Shown: one piece after another, positions 49,190 to 61,641 of the stretch
Numbering within the stretch: position 1 is the stretch's first letter
Layout of the letters: every line of letters starts with the position of its first letter
DNA from: Leucoraja ocellata
Lineage: Eukaryota
Reading direction: 5' to 3'
Assembly (NCBI GenBank): GCA_036785375.1
Contig: JAWMAR010000868.1
Coordinates: 124,001 to 188,000, forward strand
DNA: 64,000 nt
The notes under the pieces: generated by a model
Database searches by the model: none
Told to the model about the DNA's origin: nothing
What the model saw: the letters and a program-made list of their open reading frames with translations, nothing else
Program-made: the position numbers and the translations under genes

Positions 49190-50390
49190 AGATAGACACA
49201 ACACGCAGGAGAAACTCGGCCGGATAAGCAGCATCTCTGGAGAGAAGGAATGAGTGACATTTTGGGTCCTTACCCTTCTTCAGCCTGAGAGCCAGGGGAG
49301 GGACTAGAGAAATGGAAGGGTATGGTGAGAAAATGACACATCAAAGTAGATGTTTATCAACGAAATCTAGATTGGTTAATTGTTGGCTGAGGTGAAGGTG
49401 ACGACGAGGCATAAAACCCGTAAAATTGATCAAGTGGACAGTGAAACTAGTCAGAGAACGAGGGTGGGGGAGGGGCGGAGAGTGAGGGGGTAGCAAGGGT
49501 TACTTGGAGTTAGATAAATCAATATTCACACTAATGGTTTGGTTACAGACCCAGCGAAATATGAGATGCTGTTCCTCCAATTTGCGTTGGGCGTCACCGT
49601 GACAGTGGAGGAGGCCCAGGACAGAAAGGTCAATGTAGGAATGGCAGGGGGAGTGTTTAGCAACAGGGAGATCGCGAAAGCCAATGTGGATTGAACAAAA
49701 CGATCGCCTAGCCTGCGCTTAGTCTCGCCGATATATATGAGTCCGCATCTGGAACAGCGGATACGGTAGATGAGGTTAGAGGAGGTGCAAGTGGGAGAAC
49801 TCTGCCGCACCTGGGAGAACTATCGGGATCCTTGGACGGAGTCGACGAAGGAGATATAGACACAAAGGTTGCATCTCCCGCGGTTGCAGGGGGAAGTACC
49901 TGGGGATGGGGTGGTTTGGGTGGGGAGGGATGGGTTAACCAGTGAGTTGCGGAGGGAACCGTCTCCGCGGAAGGCGGAAAGGGGTGGGGACGGGAAGATG
50001 TGACTACTGGTGGGATCCCGATGGAGGTGGCGCAAATATCGAAGGATATTTAGGAACTCTGTCCCTGTTACGACTCCCCCAGGGGGAGCAAGAGCACAGT
50101 TGTGGGATATCTAGATGACCCGTGTGAGGGCCTCATCTATGATAGAAGAGGGGAACCCCCTCCCCCTCGTTCTTTGAAGGAAGCAAGGTGGGTTGAAATG
50201 TCGTCTCGATAGCTTTGGGAGTCAGTAGGTTTATTATGGATGTCATTCTATAGTCTATACATCTTGTGATGGAGACGATGATCTTGTGATGGAGACGATG
50301 AGATCAAGAAACTAAAGGGATATATTGGAGATTGCCCAAGTGAATATGAATGCAGGATGGAAATTGGGCGTGACGTTAATGTTCAGGTGC
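49190..50390 (-). mobile_element. Penelope-like retroelement fragment (duplicate copy)
   Basis: Same GIY-YIG peptide in ORF 49526-49810. Confidence 0.85.
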
Positions 50391-51576
50391 ATGGATATGA
50401 TGAATTTAGAGAGACCACACGTAGACCGGTGTGACGCGTGTCGAGGGGGTATGTTGGTCATCGTGGGCAGATTGGGCCGATGGGTCTTCTGTCCACGCAG
50501 TAAAACTCCTTGACTACGTCTTCGTGTTGCACCAACTACGTCTTCACACCGTCAGCGACATTCCCGTGGTATCGCGCACAATTAACTGCTCGCTAAACGA
50601 ATATCCGACGCTCTTGCTGAGGTCTGAGTGTACAAGAGTTTGTGCAGCAGCTTGGAAGCTGGAGCCTGAAACTCATTTCACGGACAAAGAATTCAAATGC
50701 ATTTAGGGAACATCCGAAATACCAGACTTGATTCTATAAAATCCACCAGGATAACAAATAGAAAATCACCATCTTCGGTTCTCCATTTTTATGTGGTTGC
50801 ACGCTACCCAGAATTGAAGTTCCACAAAAAAGTTCCACAGTGACCCGCAGGTTCTTGAGAACAAAGACAAATTGCTGGAAGAGCTCAGGCTTGGGATCGA
50901 CCCGAAACATAACCAATGTAGAGATAGATGTTGGCAATCTCAATTCAATTGGGATGAAAAAGAAAAAAACTTGAAATAATGTATACAGTCTGTTTATTGT
51001 AAAATAAAACATTGCTTTCATTGTTATCCCTTGAGGGCAATAGTGCCAATATTACACTGCCTGACATTTCTGTAAATGCAGTTCCATCTCGTGTTTGGAT
51101 ACTAATCTGAGCTCTGCAATTGCATTATTATGTAAATTCATGTTTAGATAATAGAGAACTGGAGCCCGAAAACAGTGTTACGAAGATTTCCGAGAATGCT
51201 CCCATGACTGGAAGGTCTGAGTATATGGAAAGGTTAGACTGGCCAGGACTTCATTCCTTGGAGCGTAGCAGAATGTGAGTTCACAGAGATGTATAATATA
51301 TGAAAAATTAGGCGACAGAGGTTGAAGGTGAGAGGGTAATATTACAACTTGACATGATGGTCAACTATTCACACCGAGTCTGATGTGGACGAGCTGCCCG
51401 TGAAAGTTGTCAAGGCACTTACAATTACAGTATTAAATATAATGTTGACAGGTACATGTGTTTGAATGGTTTAGAGGAATATTGGCCGGACGTGCACACA
51501 CATGGCGAGTTTAGATGTGCATCTTGGTCTGTATTGTTGACGTGGACATTCTTTTCTAATATTACTCTATGGATTA

Positions 51577-54500
51577 CATAGAAACATAGAAATTAGGTGC
51601 AGGAGTAGGCCATTCTGACCTTCGAGCCTGCACCGCCATTCAATATGATCATGGCTGATCATCCAACTCAGTATCCCCTACCTGCCTTCTCTCCATACCC
51701 TCTGATCCCCTTGGCCACAAGGGCCACATCTAACTCCCTCTTAAATATAGCCAATGAACTGGCCTCAACTACCCTCTGTGGCAGAGAGTTCCAGAGATTC
51801 ACCACTCTCTGTGTGAAAAAAGTTATCCTCATCTCGGTTTTAAAGGATTTCCCCCTTATCCTTAAGCTGTGACCCCTTGTCCTGGACTTCCCCAACATCG
51901 GGAACAATCTTCCTGCATCTAGCCTGTCCAACCCCTTAAGAATTTTGTAAGTTTCTGTAAGATCCCCTCTCAATCTCCTAAATTCTAGAGTGTATAAACC
52001 AAGTCTATCCAGTCTTTCTTCATAAGACAGTCCTGACATCCCAGGAATCAGTCTGGTGAACCTTCTCTGCACTCCCTCTATGGCAATAATTTCCTTCCTC
52101 AGATTTGGAGACCAAAACTGTACGCAATACTCCAGGTGTGGTCTCACCAAGACCCTGTACAACTGCAGTAGAACCTCCCTGCTCCTATACTCTAATCCTT
52201 TTGCTATGATAGCCAACATACCATTCGCTTTATTTACTGCCTGCTGCACCTACATGCCTACCTTCAATGACTGGTGTACCATGACACCCAGGTCTCGCTG
52301 CATCTCCCCCTTTCCCAATCGGCCACCATTTAGATAATAGTCTGCTTTCCCGTTTTTGCCACCAAAATGGATAACCTCACATTTGTCTACATTATACTGC
52401 ATCTGCCAAGCATTTGCCCACTCACCCAGCCTATCCAAGTCACCTTGCAGTCTCCTAGCATCCTCCTCACAGATAACACTGCCCCCCAGCTTAGTGTCAT
52501 CCGCAAACTTGGAGATATTGCCTTCAATTCCCTCATCCAGATCATTAATATATATTGTAAATAGCTGGGGTCCCAGCACTGAGCCTTGCGGTACCCCACT
52601 AGTCACTGCCTGCCATTGTGAAAAGGACCCATTTACTCCTACTCTTTGCTTCCTGTTTGCCAGCCAGTTCTCTATCCACATCAATACTGAACCCCCAATG
52701 CCATGTACTTTAAGTTTGTATACTAATCTCTTATGTGGGACCTTGTCGAAAGCCTTCTGGAAATCCAGATACACCACATCCCTGGTTCTCCCCTATCCAC
52801 GCTACTAGTTACATCCTCGAAAAATTCTATAAGATTCGTCAGACATGATTTACCTTTCGTAAATCCATACTGACTTTGTCCAATGATTTCACCACTTTCC
52901 AAATGTGCTGCTATCCCATCTTTAATAACCGACTCTAGCAGTTTCCCCACTACCAACGTTAGACTAACTGGTCTGTAATTCCCCGTTTTCTCTCTCCCTC
53001 CCTTCTTAAAAAGTGGGGTTACGTTTGCTACCCGCCAATCCTCTGGAACTACTCCAGAATCTGAAGAGTTTTGAAATATTATTACTAATGCATCCACTAT
53101 TTCTGGAGCTACTTCCTTAAGTACTCTGGGATGCAGCCTATCTGGCCCTGGGGATTTATCGGCCTTTAATCCATTCAATTTACCCAACACCACTTCTCGA
53201 CTAACCTGGATTTCACACAATTCCTCCAACTCCTTTGACCCGCGGGCCCCTGCTATTTCCGGCAGATTATTTATGTCTTCCTTTGTGAAGACGGAACCAA
53301 AGTAGTTATTCTATTGGTCCGCCATATCCTTGTTCCCCATGATCAACTCACCTGTTTCTGACTGCAAGGGACCTACATTTGTTTTAACTAATCTCTTTCT
53401 TTTCACATATCTATAACATTTTTTGCAGTCAGTTTTTATGTTCTTTCATAATCCATTTTTCCTTTCCTAATTAAGCCCTTCGTCCTCCTCTGCTGGTCTC
53501 TGAATTTCTCCCAGTCCTCCGGTATGCTGCTTTTTCTGGCTAATTTGTACGCATTATCCTTCGCTTTGATACTATCCCTGATTTCCCTTGTTATCCACGG
53601 ATGCACTACCTTCCCTGATTTATTCTTTTGCCAAACTGGGATGAACAATTTTTGTAGTTCATCCATGCAGTCCTTAAATGTCTTCCATTGCATATCCACC
53701 GTCAATCCTTTTAGAATTAATTACCAGTCAATCTTGGCCAATTCACGTCTCATACCCTCAAAGTTACCTTTCTTTAAGTTCAAAACCATTGTTTCTGAAT
53801 TAATAATGTCACTCTCCATCCTAATGAAGAACTCAACCATATTATGGTCACTCTTGCCAAGGGGCCACGCACAACAAGACTACTAACTAACCCTTCCTCA
53901 TTACTCAATACCCAGTCTAAAATAGCCAGCTCTCTCGTTGGTTCCTCTACATGTTGATTTAGATAACTATCCCGCATACATTCCAAGAAATCCTCTTCCT
54001 CAGCACCCCTGCAAAATTTGATTCACCCAATCTATATGTAGATTGAAGTCACCCATTATAACTGCTCTGCCTTTGTCGCACGCATTTCTAATTTCCTGTT
54101 TGATACCATCTCCAACTTCACTACTACTGTTAGGTGGCCTGTACACAACACCCACCAGCGTTTTCTGCCCCTTAGTGTTTCGCAGTTCTACCCATACCGA
54201 TTCCACATCCTCCAAACTAATGTCCTTCCTTTCCATTGCGTTAATCTCCTCTCTAACCAGCAACGCTACCCCACCTCCTTTTCCTTTCTCTCTACCCATC
54301 CTGAATATTGAATATCCCTGGATGTTCAGCTCCCAGCCTTGGTCACCCTGGAGCCATGTCTCCGTGATCCCAACTATATCATAATCATTAATGGCTATCT
54401 GCACGTACAACTCATCCACCTTATTACGAATACTCCTTGCATTGAGACACAAAGCCTTCAGGCTTGTTTCTACAACTCTTTACCCCTTATAGAATTATGT

Positions 54501-54657
54501 TGAGAAGTGGCCCTTTTTGATTTTTGCCCTGATTTTGTCTGCCTGCCACTTTTACTTTTCACCTTGCTATCTCTTTCTTCTACCCTCATTTTACACCCCC
54601 TGCCTCTCTGCTCATGTACCCATCCCCCTGCCACATTAGTTTAAATTCTCCCCGACA
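51577..54657 (-). mobile_element. Young CR1 LINE with nearly complete but broken ORF2 (APE endonuclease + RT), 6-bp TSD
   Basis: LNARSIRNK/GITETW/MGDFN endonuclease motifs; YLDFQKAFDKVPH, GVPQGSVLGP, FADD RT motifs. TSD ggatta at 51571-51576 and 54658-54663; the empty site is visible at about 4328. Confidence 0.97.
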
Positions 54658-54830
54658 GGATTAAACCATCACATCGCAGGAATATTACGCTTTATACAAA
54701 AAACATACAGTAACTGCAACATCTACAGTCTAGGACTATTACAGAGCCAGAACAAGTTCCTGAAGTTTACACTCATAAAGGATTTTTTCCTTTGCGAACG
54801 GACAGATAATCAGCAGAGGTGGCTGCCTTG

Positions 54831-55538
54831 GGCTGTGGGCCGAGCATCAAAAATGTGTCTAGAAATAAGATTTCGTGACCCAAGTCACCAAACTACATGA
54901 AGGTTTCACATATTGTGTAAAAATATTTATATAAATCACCCCTGAAACTCGATATGAAGAAGACTTAATAAGGAATGAATGAATGAATGAATTTATTCAC
55001 ATTATATTAAATTAATTAAAGTCCATACAGATAGATTTTCATAAATTCAGACTTTAATCTTACCTTTCAGTTAGTTGATTCATGGGGGCCTTCTTTGTAT
55101 TCCTGCACATCAGCAGGGACTTTGAAGGCTTTATTGCACTTTAATCCACTTCGCAGCACTTTATTCAGCCTTTTTTATGCTTTTCCCACTAAATACAATT
55201 AACCTGCTGCAAGTTTCCACGACATTTATTCCACAGAACAACAACAAATCGGAATCTCCAGTAAAACAGGCATCTGTGAAGCCACCTCAGCCATTTTGTG
55301 TGTTATCCTGAAACAAAGCGCGTGATTGGCCAACTGGCAGACAACTCAATGTTAAACGTGCTTTGATTGGACGACATTTTTCCGGTTTTTCTTTAATTTA
55401 ATAAAAATGTGCAAGTCTTCTTCATATCGAGTTTCAGGAGTGATTTATATAAATATTTTTACACAATATGTTAAAATTTCATGTAGTTTGGTGACTTGGG
55501 TCACGAAACTGCAGAATAAAGCTCCTCGGCCCACAGCC
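54831..55538. mobile_element. Non-autonomous DNA transposon with long imperfect inverted termini
   Basis: Terminal ggctgtgggccgag / ctcggcccacagcc plus a ~96-bp subterminal inverted repeat (54871-54966 vs 55413-55508). Confidence 0.88.
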
Positions 55539-55559
55539 TAAATTGACTGGATAATAATC

Positions 55560-56620
55560 CAATTGAGAAGCGTCACAGCTTGGTTTGGGAACTGCTCTGC
55601 CAAAGACCACAAGAAATTGCGGGGAGGTGTGGATGTAGCCCAGTCCATCACACAGAGCAGCCTCACCACCAGGCAACCAACATATTCAGGCACGGTGGCG
55701 CAGCGAGAGAGTTGCTGCCTCACAGCGCCAGAGACCCGGGCTCAATCCTGACTATGAGTGCTGTCTGTACGGAGTTTGTACATCCTCCCCGTGAACACGT
55801 GGGTTTTCTCCGAGTGTTCTGGTTTCTTCCCACATTCCAGGGACATGCAGATTCAAGAGTCAAGATTCAAGAGTTTATTGTCATGTGTCCCAGATAGGAC
55901 AATGAAATTCTTGCTTTACATCAGCTATACAGATCATAGTAGGCATAAATAAATACAGAACAGATCAGTGTGACCATATACCATTGAATATATATAAATA
56001 CATACACATAAATGAGCAGAAAAAGTGGGTTAGGCTAATAATGTTCAGCGTTTTGTTTGAGTTGAGTTTAATATCCTGATGGCTGTGGGGAAGCAGCTAT
56101 TCCTGAACCTAGATGTTGCAGATTTCAGGCTCCTGTATTTCTACCTGAAGGCAGCAGGAAGATGATTGAGTGGCCAGGATGGTGTGGATCCTTGATGATG
56201 CTAGCAGCCTTTTTGAGGCAGCGTTTGCAGGTTACTTGGCTTCTGTAACTTGTCCCTAGTGTGTAGGGTAGAACTACTGTATGGGTTATTGCTGGTCGGA
56301 ATGGACTCGGTGGGCCGAAATGGCCTGTTTCCATGCTGGCTCTCTAGATTTTCATCCCAGTTATTCTATCTTCTCCCCTCTTGAGTCAAGCAAAAGATAC
56401 AAACGATTGAAAGCACAGACCACCAGACCCAGGAAATGATTCTTCCCCATTGTTTTCTGATGACTGAGCGGGCCGGTCCTCCCATAAGTTAGAGTGTCCC
56501 GATCTTCCAACCTACCTCATTGTGGACTTAGACTTTATCTCTGCAACTATAATGAGCAAAACTGTAAAACTATATTCTGCACTCTGGTTTTTATCTCTTT
56601 ACATTGCCTGTTGTACCTCT
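55560..56620. mobile_element. Nested cluster: Rex1/Babar (+) interrupted by a V-SINE (55688-56345), itself interrupted by Rex1/Babar (-) (55851-56224)
   Basis: VTAWFGNCSAKDHKKL peptide, tRNA-like head ggcacggtggcgcagcg..., and RCLKKAASIIKDPHHP on the minus strand. Confidence 0.7.
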
Positions 56621-57002
56621 ATATAAAGATAGACACAAAGTGCTGGAGCAACTCAGCGTTCCAGGCAGCATCTCTGGAGTAAAAGGATGGGTGACGTTTT
56701 GGGTCGGATTGTACTCGGGTATAGTATGATTTGGTCGGATAACATGTAAAATCTTTTTTCACTGTATCTCAGTGTAATGACAATAATGAACCAAACCAAT
56801 ACCTAACCCACCGTGATATTACAAGTTGAGTGGTAACTGAATGCATCAACTTCTGGCTCTATGGTGCTATCAATGAGCTGTAACTAAATGCCATAATGAG
56901 GAGGGAGGGGAAACCACCCGGCAGTGAATTGTTCCTGTACTCAGCCTCTGGAGAAAAGAAAAGCAGGTATGTTGTGAAAGAACTTTATAGCAATAGAGCA
57001 CC

Positions 57003-57285
57003 TGACCCTTGACTTTCAGCCTTGCTGTTGCCCACATAGTGACCCTTGACCTCTGGACCTGGCATTGTCCACACAGTGACCCCTGACCTTCACCCCTGCC
57101 ATTGGCCACACAGTGACCCCTGACCTTCAGCAGTGCTGTTGTCCACACGGTGACCTGTGACTTTCAGATCTGATCTTGTCCACACAATCATGGCACTGAC
57201 CTGACACATCAACTGTCCAGATCTGTAGTTGAAGTGACCCATGGCCTACAAATCTGTAGTTGCCACACAGTGACCCTTGACCTCC
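57003..57285 (+). repeat. 37-bp degenerate minisatellite with TGACCCYTGACCT core
   Basis: Cores at 57003, 57040, 57077, 57114, 57151, 57235 and 57271. Confidence 0.85.
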
Positions 57286-60200
57286 AGGCCTGATGCTGTC
57301 CACTGAGTGGCCACTGGATGGCCTTGCCCGTTAGGCCTGATGTCAGGCCGACCTCTACAGTGAGCAGCCTCCCCCAACTCTCCACCCTCATGGAGACTGC
57401 ATCAGAGAGGTAAGGTCAGGTTCAGCCATGAAAATGGGGTGGGGCAGATGTCCCACCGCGCCCGACATATCCCTCCCACACATGTCCCATGAGTCACCCT
57501 GTCTACCTCACTGGCCTCAGCTGAGTCACAAGGTCCACCTCCACAGGCCAAGCCATTCCAGAGCTGCTGTGTAGGAAGGAACTGCAGGTGCTGGTTTACA
57601 TCAAAGGTAGACACAAGATGGGGGAGTAACTCAGCGGGTCATGCAGCATCTCTGGAGGGACTGAGGGACGGATGGAGGGTCTGAAGAACGGTCTCAACCC
57701 GAGACGTTCGTTCTCTCCAGAAAAGCTGCCTGCCCTGCTGAGTGACTCCAGCATGTCTATCTCCAGAGCTGCTGTGTTGGAGATATGCAGGGGGATGTCA
57801 CCAATGGCGTGGAACTGAGATGAAGAGGCAAAGATTTCCCTGTTCAACCTTCAGCCATTTCCCAATCACATTACCACAGTGTCTTCCGTTCTGTGGGAGC
57901 TTACTGTGTGTTCGATCGGCTCCTGCTCTGCACCAGTGCAAGAGTACGTCATTGATTGTGAAATGTTTGGGGACAACGATCAGCCATGACCACATTGAAT
58001 GACGGTGCAGGCTCGAAGGGCCGAATGGCCTACTCCTGCATCTATTGTCTATTGGGAGGTTTGATTAATTAAACAATACAGCATGGAGAGAGACCCTTCA
58101 TGCCACCGAGTCACGCCAACCATCGATCACCCGTTCACATTAGTTCCATGTTATCCCACCCAAGTTCCCATCCACTCCCCACACATTAGGAGCAATTTTA
58201 CAGACCCAATTAACCTACAAACTTGCACGTCTTTGGGACGTGGGAGGAAACGTGGAGTAAACCTGCAAACTCCACAATGACGGCACCCGAGGACAGGATC
58301 GAACCTGGGTCTCCGGTGCTTCGAGGCAGCAGCTCTACCAGCTGCGGCACTGTGCAAAGTATGATTGGCATTCAAGTCTCTCTTTCCCTTTAGCCTGTTG
58401 CTGTCACAGAAACCAGATCTCGATCGCAGAGGAAGGAGCCAAAGAAAGGAATTAATCATGGGGAAACAGATAGTAAATGTAAAAAAGAGCTGAGAGCATC
58501 GTTAGAGGGAAATGGAAGAAAGATAGGATATATAAGGATCAGGAGCAAGCAGAGAATACTAGCATAGTGGAGACACAAGGAAATGCAGATGCTGGAATCT
58601 TGAACACAACACAAAGTGCTGGTGTAACTGAATGCGGCAGGCAGCATCTGTGGAGGATGATTCTGGTCAGGACCCTCCTTCAGACTAGAGATAAGCTTAA
58701 CCTGGCATCATATTCATCATGGACATTGTGGGCCAAAGGGCCTGTTTCTGTGCTGTACTGTTCTCGAGCAGATGAGGAGCACTGACCAGTCCATTTCCCC
58801 CATAGATATGTAGAAAAAAAGAGGGGATTGTCGGGTCGGAGCGCCGCATCCCGCCCCACCTCACCCATCCCGACGTAGTGCAGCCCATGGAGTGCAGCAG
58901 CAGTGCCTCGCCTGTGGCCCCGTCGGTCGGCAGCCTGGCCAGCTGTCCGACCTTCGGACCTTCGCTTACCGCCGACACCACCACCCCTCCTACTCATATG
59001 AGGCTGATCATCAGTTCAACTCAGTGGGTCAGGCAACAGCATACCTGGCGAACATGCATAGGGGACGTTTCAGGTCAGGAACCTTCTTCATGTTCTCCAG
59101 GGTTGCTGCCTGACCAACAGAGTCCCTCCAGCAGATTGATCGCTGCTCCTGACTGTTGCATGGATAGGACAGGTTTAAAGGACTATGGGCCAAACGCAGG
59201 CAGGTGGGACTATTGTAGATGGGACATGTTGGTCGGTATGGGCAAGTTGGGCCGAAGGGCCTGTTTCCACACTGCATGACTGTGACTCCACGATTGCAGT
59301 ATCTGCAGCCTCATGTGTCTCCATCAAACTCAGGGAAATGGATTAGAGACCAAGCATCAGCTTGCCGAAGGACAAAACACGTTTGAGGTGCTCGGTACCT
59401 TTCTCTTGTTCACATGATGCAAAAGCTTGCAAAAAGATGTCTTTCATCAGCAGTACATTGAGTAAAGCGAAGGAAACCTCAATCGAACTACAGATCCCGA
59501 AACGTCGCCTATTTCCTTCGCTCCATAGATGCTGCTGCACCCGCTGAGTTTCTCCAGCATTTTGTGTACTACAGATATTTAATTGTTCAACCCCCTCTCT
59601 GTACAATCAGGACCGAACTCAAGCAAGAGAGAAAAGAGAGAGTCCAACAGTTGTGGATGTCTGCAGGAACTGACTGTGAACATCCACAGCCTTTACAAAA
59701 CCATGGGATGAAATAGTTGGTGGCATCTGTCTGAAGTGTTGTGAACTTAAAACACAAGTGATCATAAACAGATGCTATTATTCGTAATGTGTAGAAACCT
59801 TATCCATCAGACAGCCATGTCCAGATATTGCTTTGGAGCGCACAACTGCCCTTATCTCAGCTGAAACAGCGTCTGGGTTTTGATTAATCCAAGGGTTTAT
59901 TTCTGTAGCTCTCTACCTGCTGCACTACAGTGCTGTTCATGATTTTACATTATAATGTTCAAGTTTCTAAAATAATATATTTTTTAAATTGTTTGTAGTG
60001 TAACCTTTTCACACCAAGGGAGGTGGGTGTATAGAACTAGTTGCCGGAAGAGGTAGTTGTCACTGCTATCACAACATTGAAGAAACATTTAGACAGGTTC
60101 ATGGATAGGACAAATTTAGAGGGATATGGGCAAAATGCAGGCAGGTGGGACCAGTGCAAATGCGGCATGTTGGCCGGTGTGAGCAGGTTGGACTGGAGAG

Positions 60201-61641
60201 GCCGTTTCTCCGCTAGAAGACTCGATGACTCTAGTTATAAAGCATTTCCCTTTCACAGAAATAGTTACAGCTAATGAAATACTTCTGAAATATTAACTTT
60301 TTGTGTAGAAATATTCAAAAATGGCAATGAGAGAAAAAACAGGTAATGTCTCCCAGAATTAGGCAGGACATCAGGGAGAATGTCCCCAATCATACTCGTT
60401 TTTAAATTCCTACAAAAAGTAGACCTCATTAGCTATTGAATGTGTTGTGTGCAAACTCATCAGCGGAAAGACAATACATGATTACAATCGAGCCATCCAC
60501 AGTGTACAGATGTTAAAGGGAATAATTTGAATAATCTTTAGTGCAAGATGAAGTCCGATTAAAGATAGTCTGAGAGTCTCCAATGAGGTAGATAGTATCT
60601 CAGGACTGCTCTCTAATTGTTGGTGGGATGGTTCACTTGCCTGATAACAGCTGGAAAGAAACTGTCTCTCAATCTGGAGGTGTGTGTTTACAAACTTCAA
60701 TACCTCGTGCCTGATGGGAGAGGGGCGGAGTGGCTGGGGTGTGACATCCTTAATGCTGGTGGCCAGTATACTTGTGCTACCATAGAAGTGCAGTGGGTCA
60801 AGGTGCAGCTAAATACCCCTGGTAGCCACTATGGCAGTGACATTATGGCAGTAAACAAGTAACACAATTTAAGGACATCTTTTGGTCGCGATTTTCACTC
60901 AATTATAAATACAGGCGATAAAACAGTCAAAACGAATTGTAACTTTTAATAAAAACTTTGTCAAACAAAATAATTAACAAAAGTGCATTTCTAAATTGTA
61001 CCCTAATGGCAACATAACGAACATGAGAGTAATAGATTATATTCCAATGCACTCAGTGCTTTCCTCAAATCTGCAGCACCACTTTAAATGTACAGACGCA
61101 TTTCCAAGTAGAAATATAATCTCTCAATATAATCTTTCTCTGATATCCTAACTCCCGAGGAACAGTTAAATAACCTTCTTTAACACTTCAAAAATATACA
61201 TCATTTTGCATTTAGAGCTTTTATACAACTGTTTTATATAACACATAGGAATCATGTTGTCGACCTCCCTGTGGTGAACACTGTCAACTGAGCTCAGTCG
61301 CCGCAGCTTAGCGCCAACCAGGAGCGTGCACCTTTTTATAGCGAGCATCTACAGGTGTCGAACCGGATGGCATCACCCTGCTGCAGCCGAATGCAGAAGA
61401 CCTCACCAAAGCCAAGGCCACCATCAATGAACATCTGCTACAGACCCACAAAGTCATTGCAATTCTGCTCCAAGAGATTGACAAAAGTGATAGCTCCCAT
61501 CTGAAGATCCCTGGTTATACCCGAGCAGCCAACACCAAGAGCGACACCCACAGGATTGCCACTTTTGTAAGGAACACAGCAAAATGGAAAGCGATTGCAG
61601 TTTCCCCTCCGACGTGGAATGGGCAACAACGCAAGTCGAAG

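Larger units (their letters stand above)
47841..54825 (+). repeat. Segmental duplication, copy B (interrupted by a 3.1-kb CR1)
   Basis: Begins gggaaaggatgattgatggt as at position 1; homology ends at gtggctg (54825 corresponds to 4494). Confidence 0.97.

Noticed and set aside
55688-55760. tRNA gene
   Set aside because: It is the tRNA-derived head of a SINE, followed by SINE body sequence, with no intact cloverleaf.
59343-59490. Minus-strand ORF segment IEVSFALLNVLLMKDIFLQAFASCEQEKGTEHLKRVLSF
   Set aside because: No family similarity recognised and no acceptor; it is flanked by repeats.
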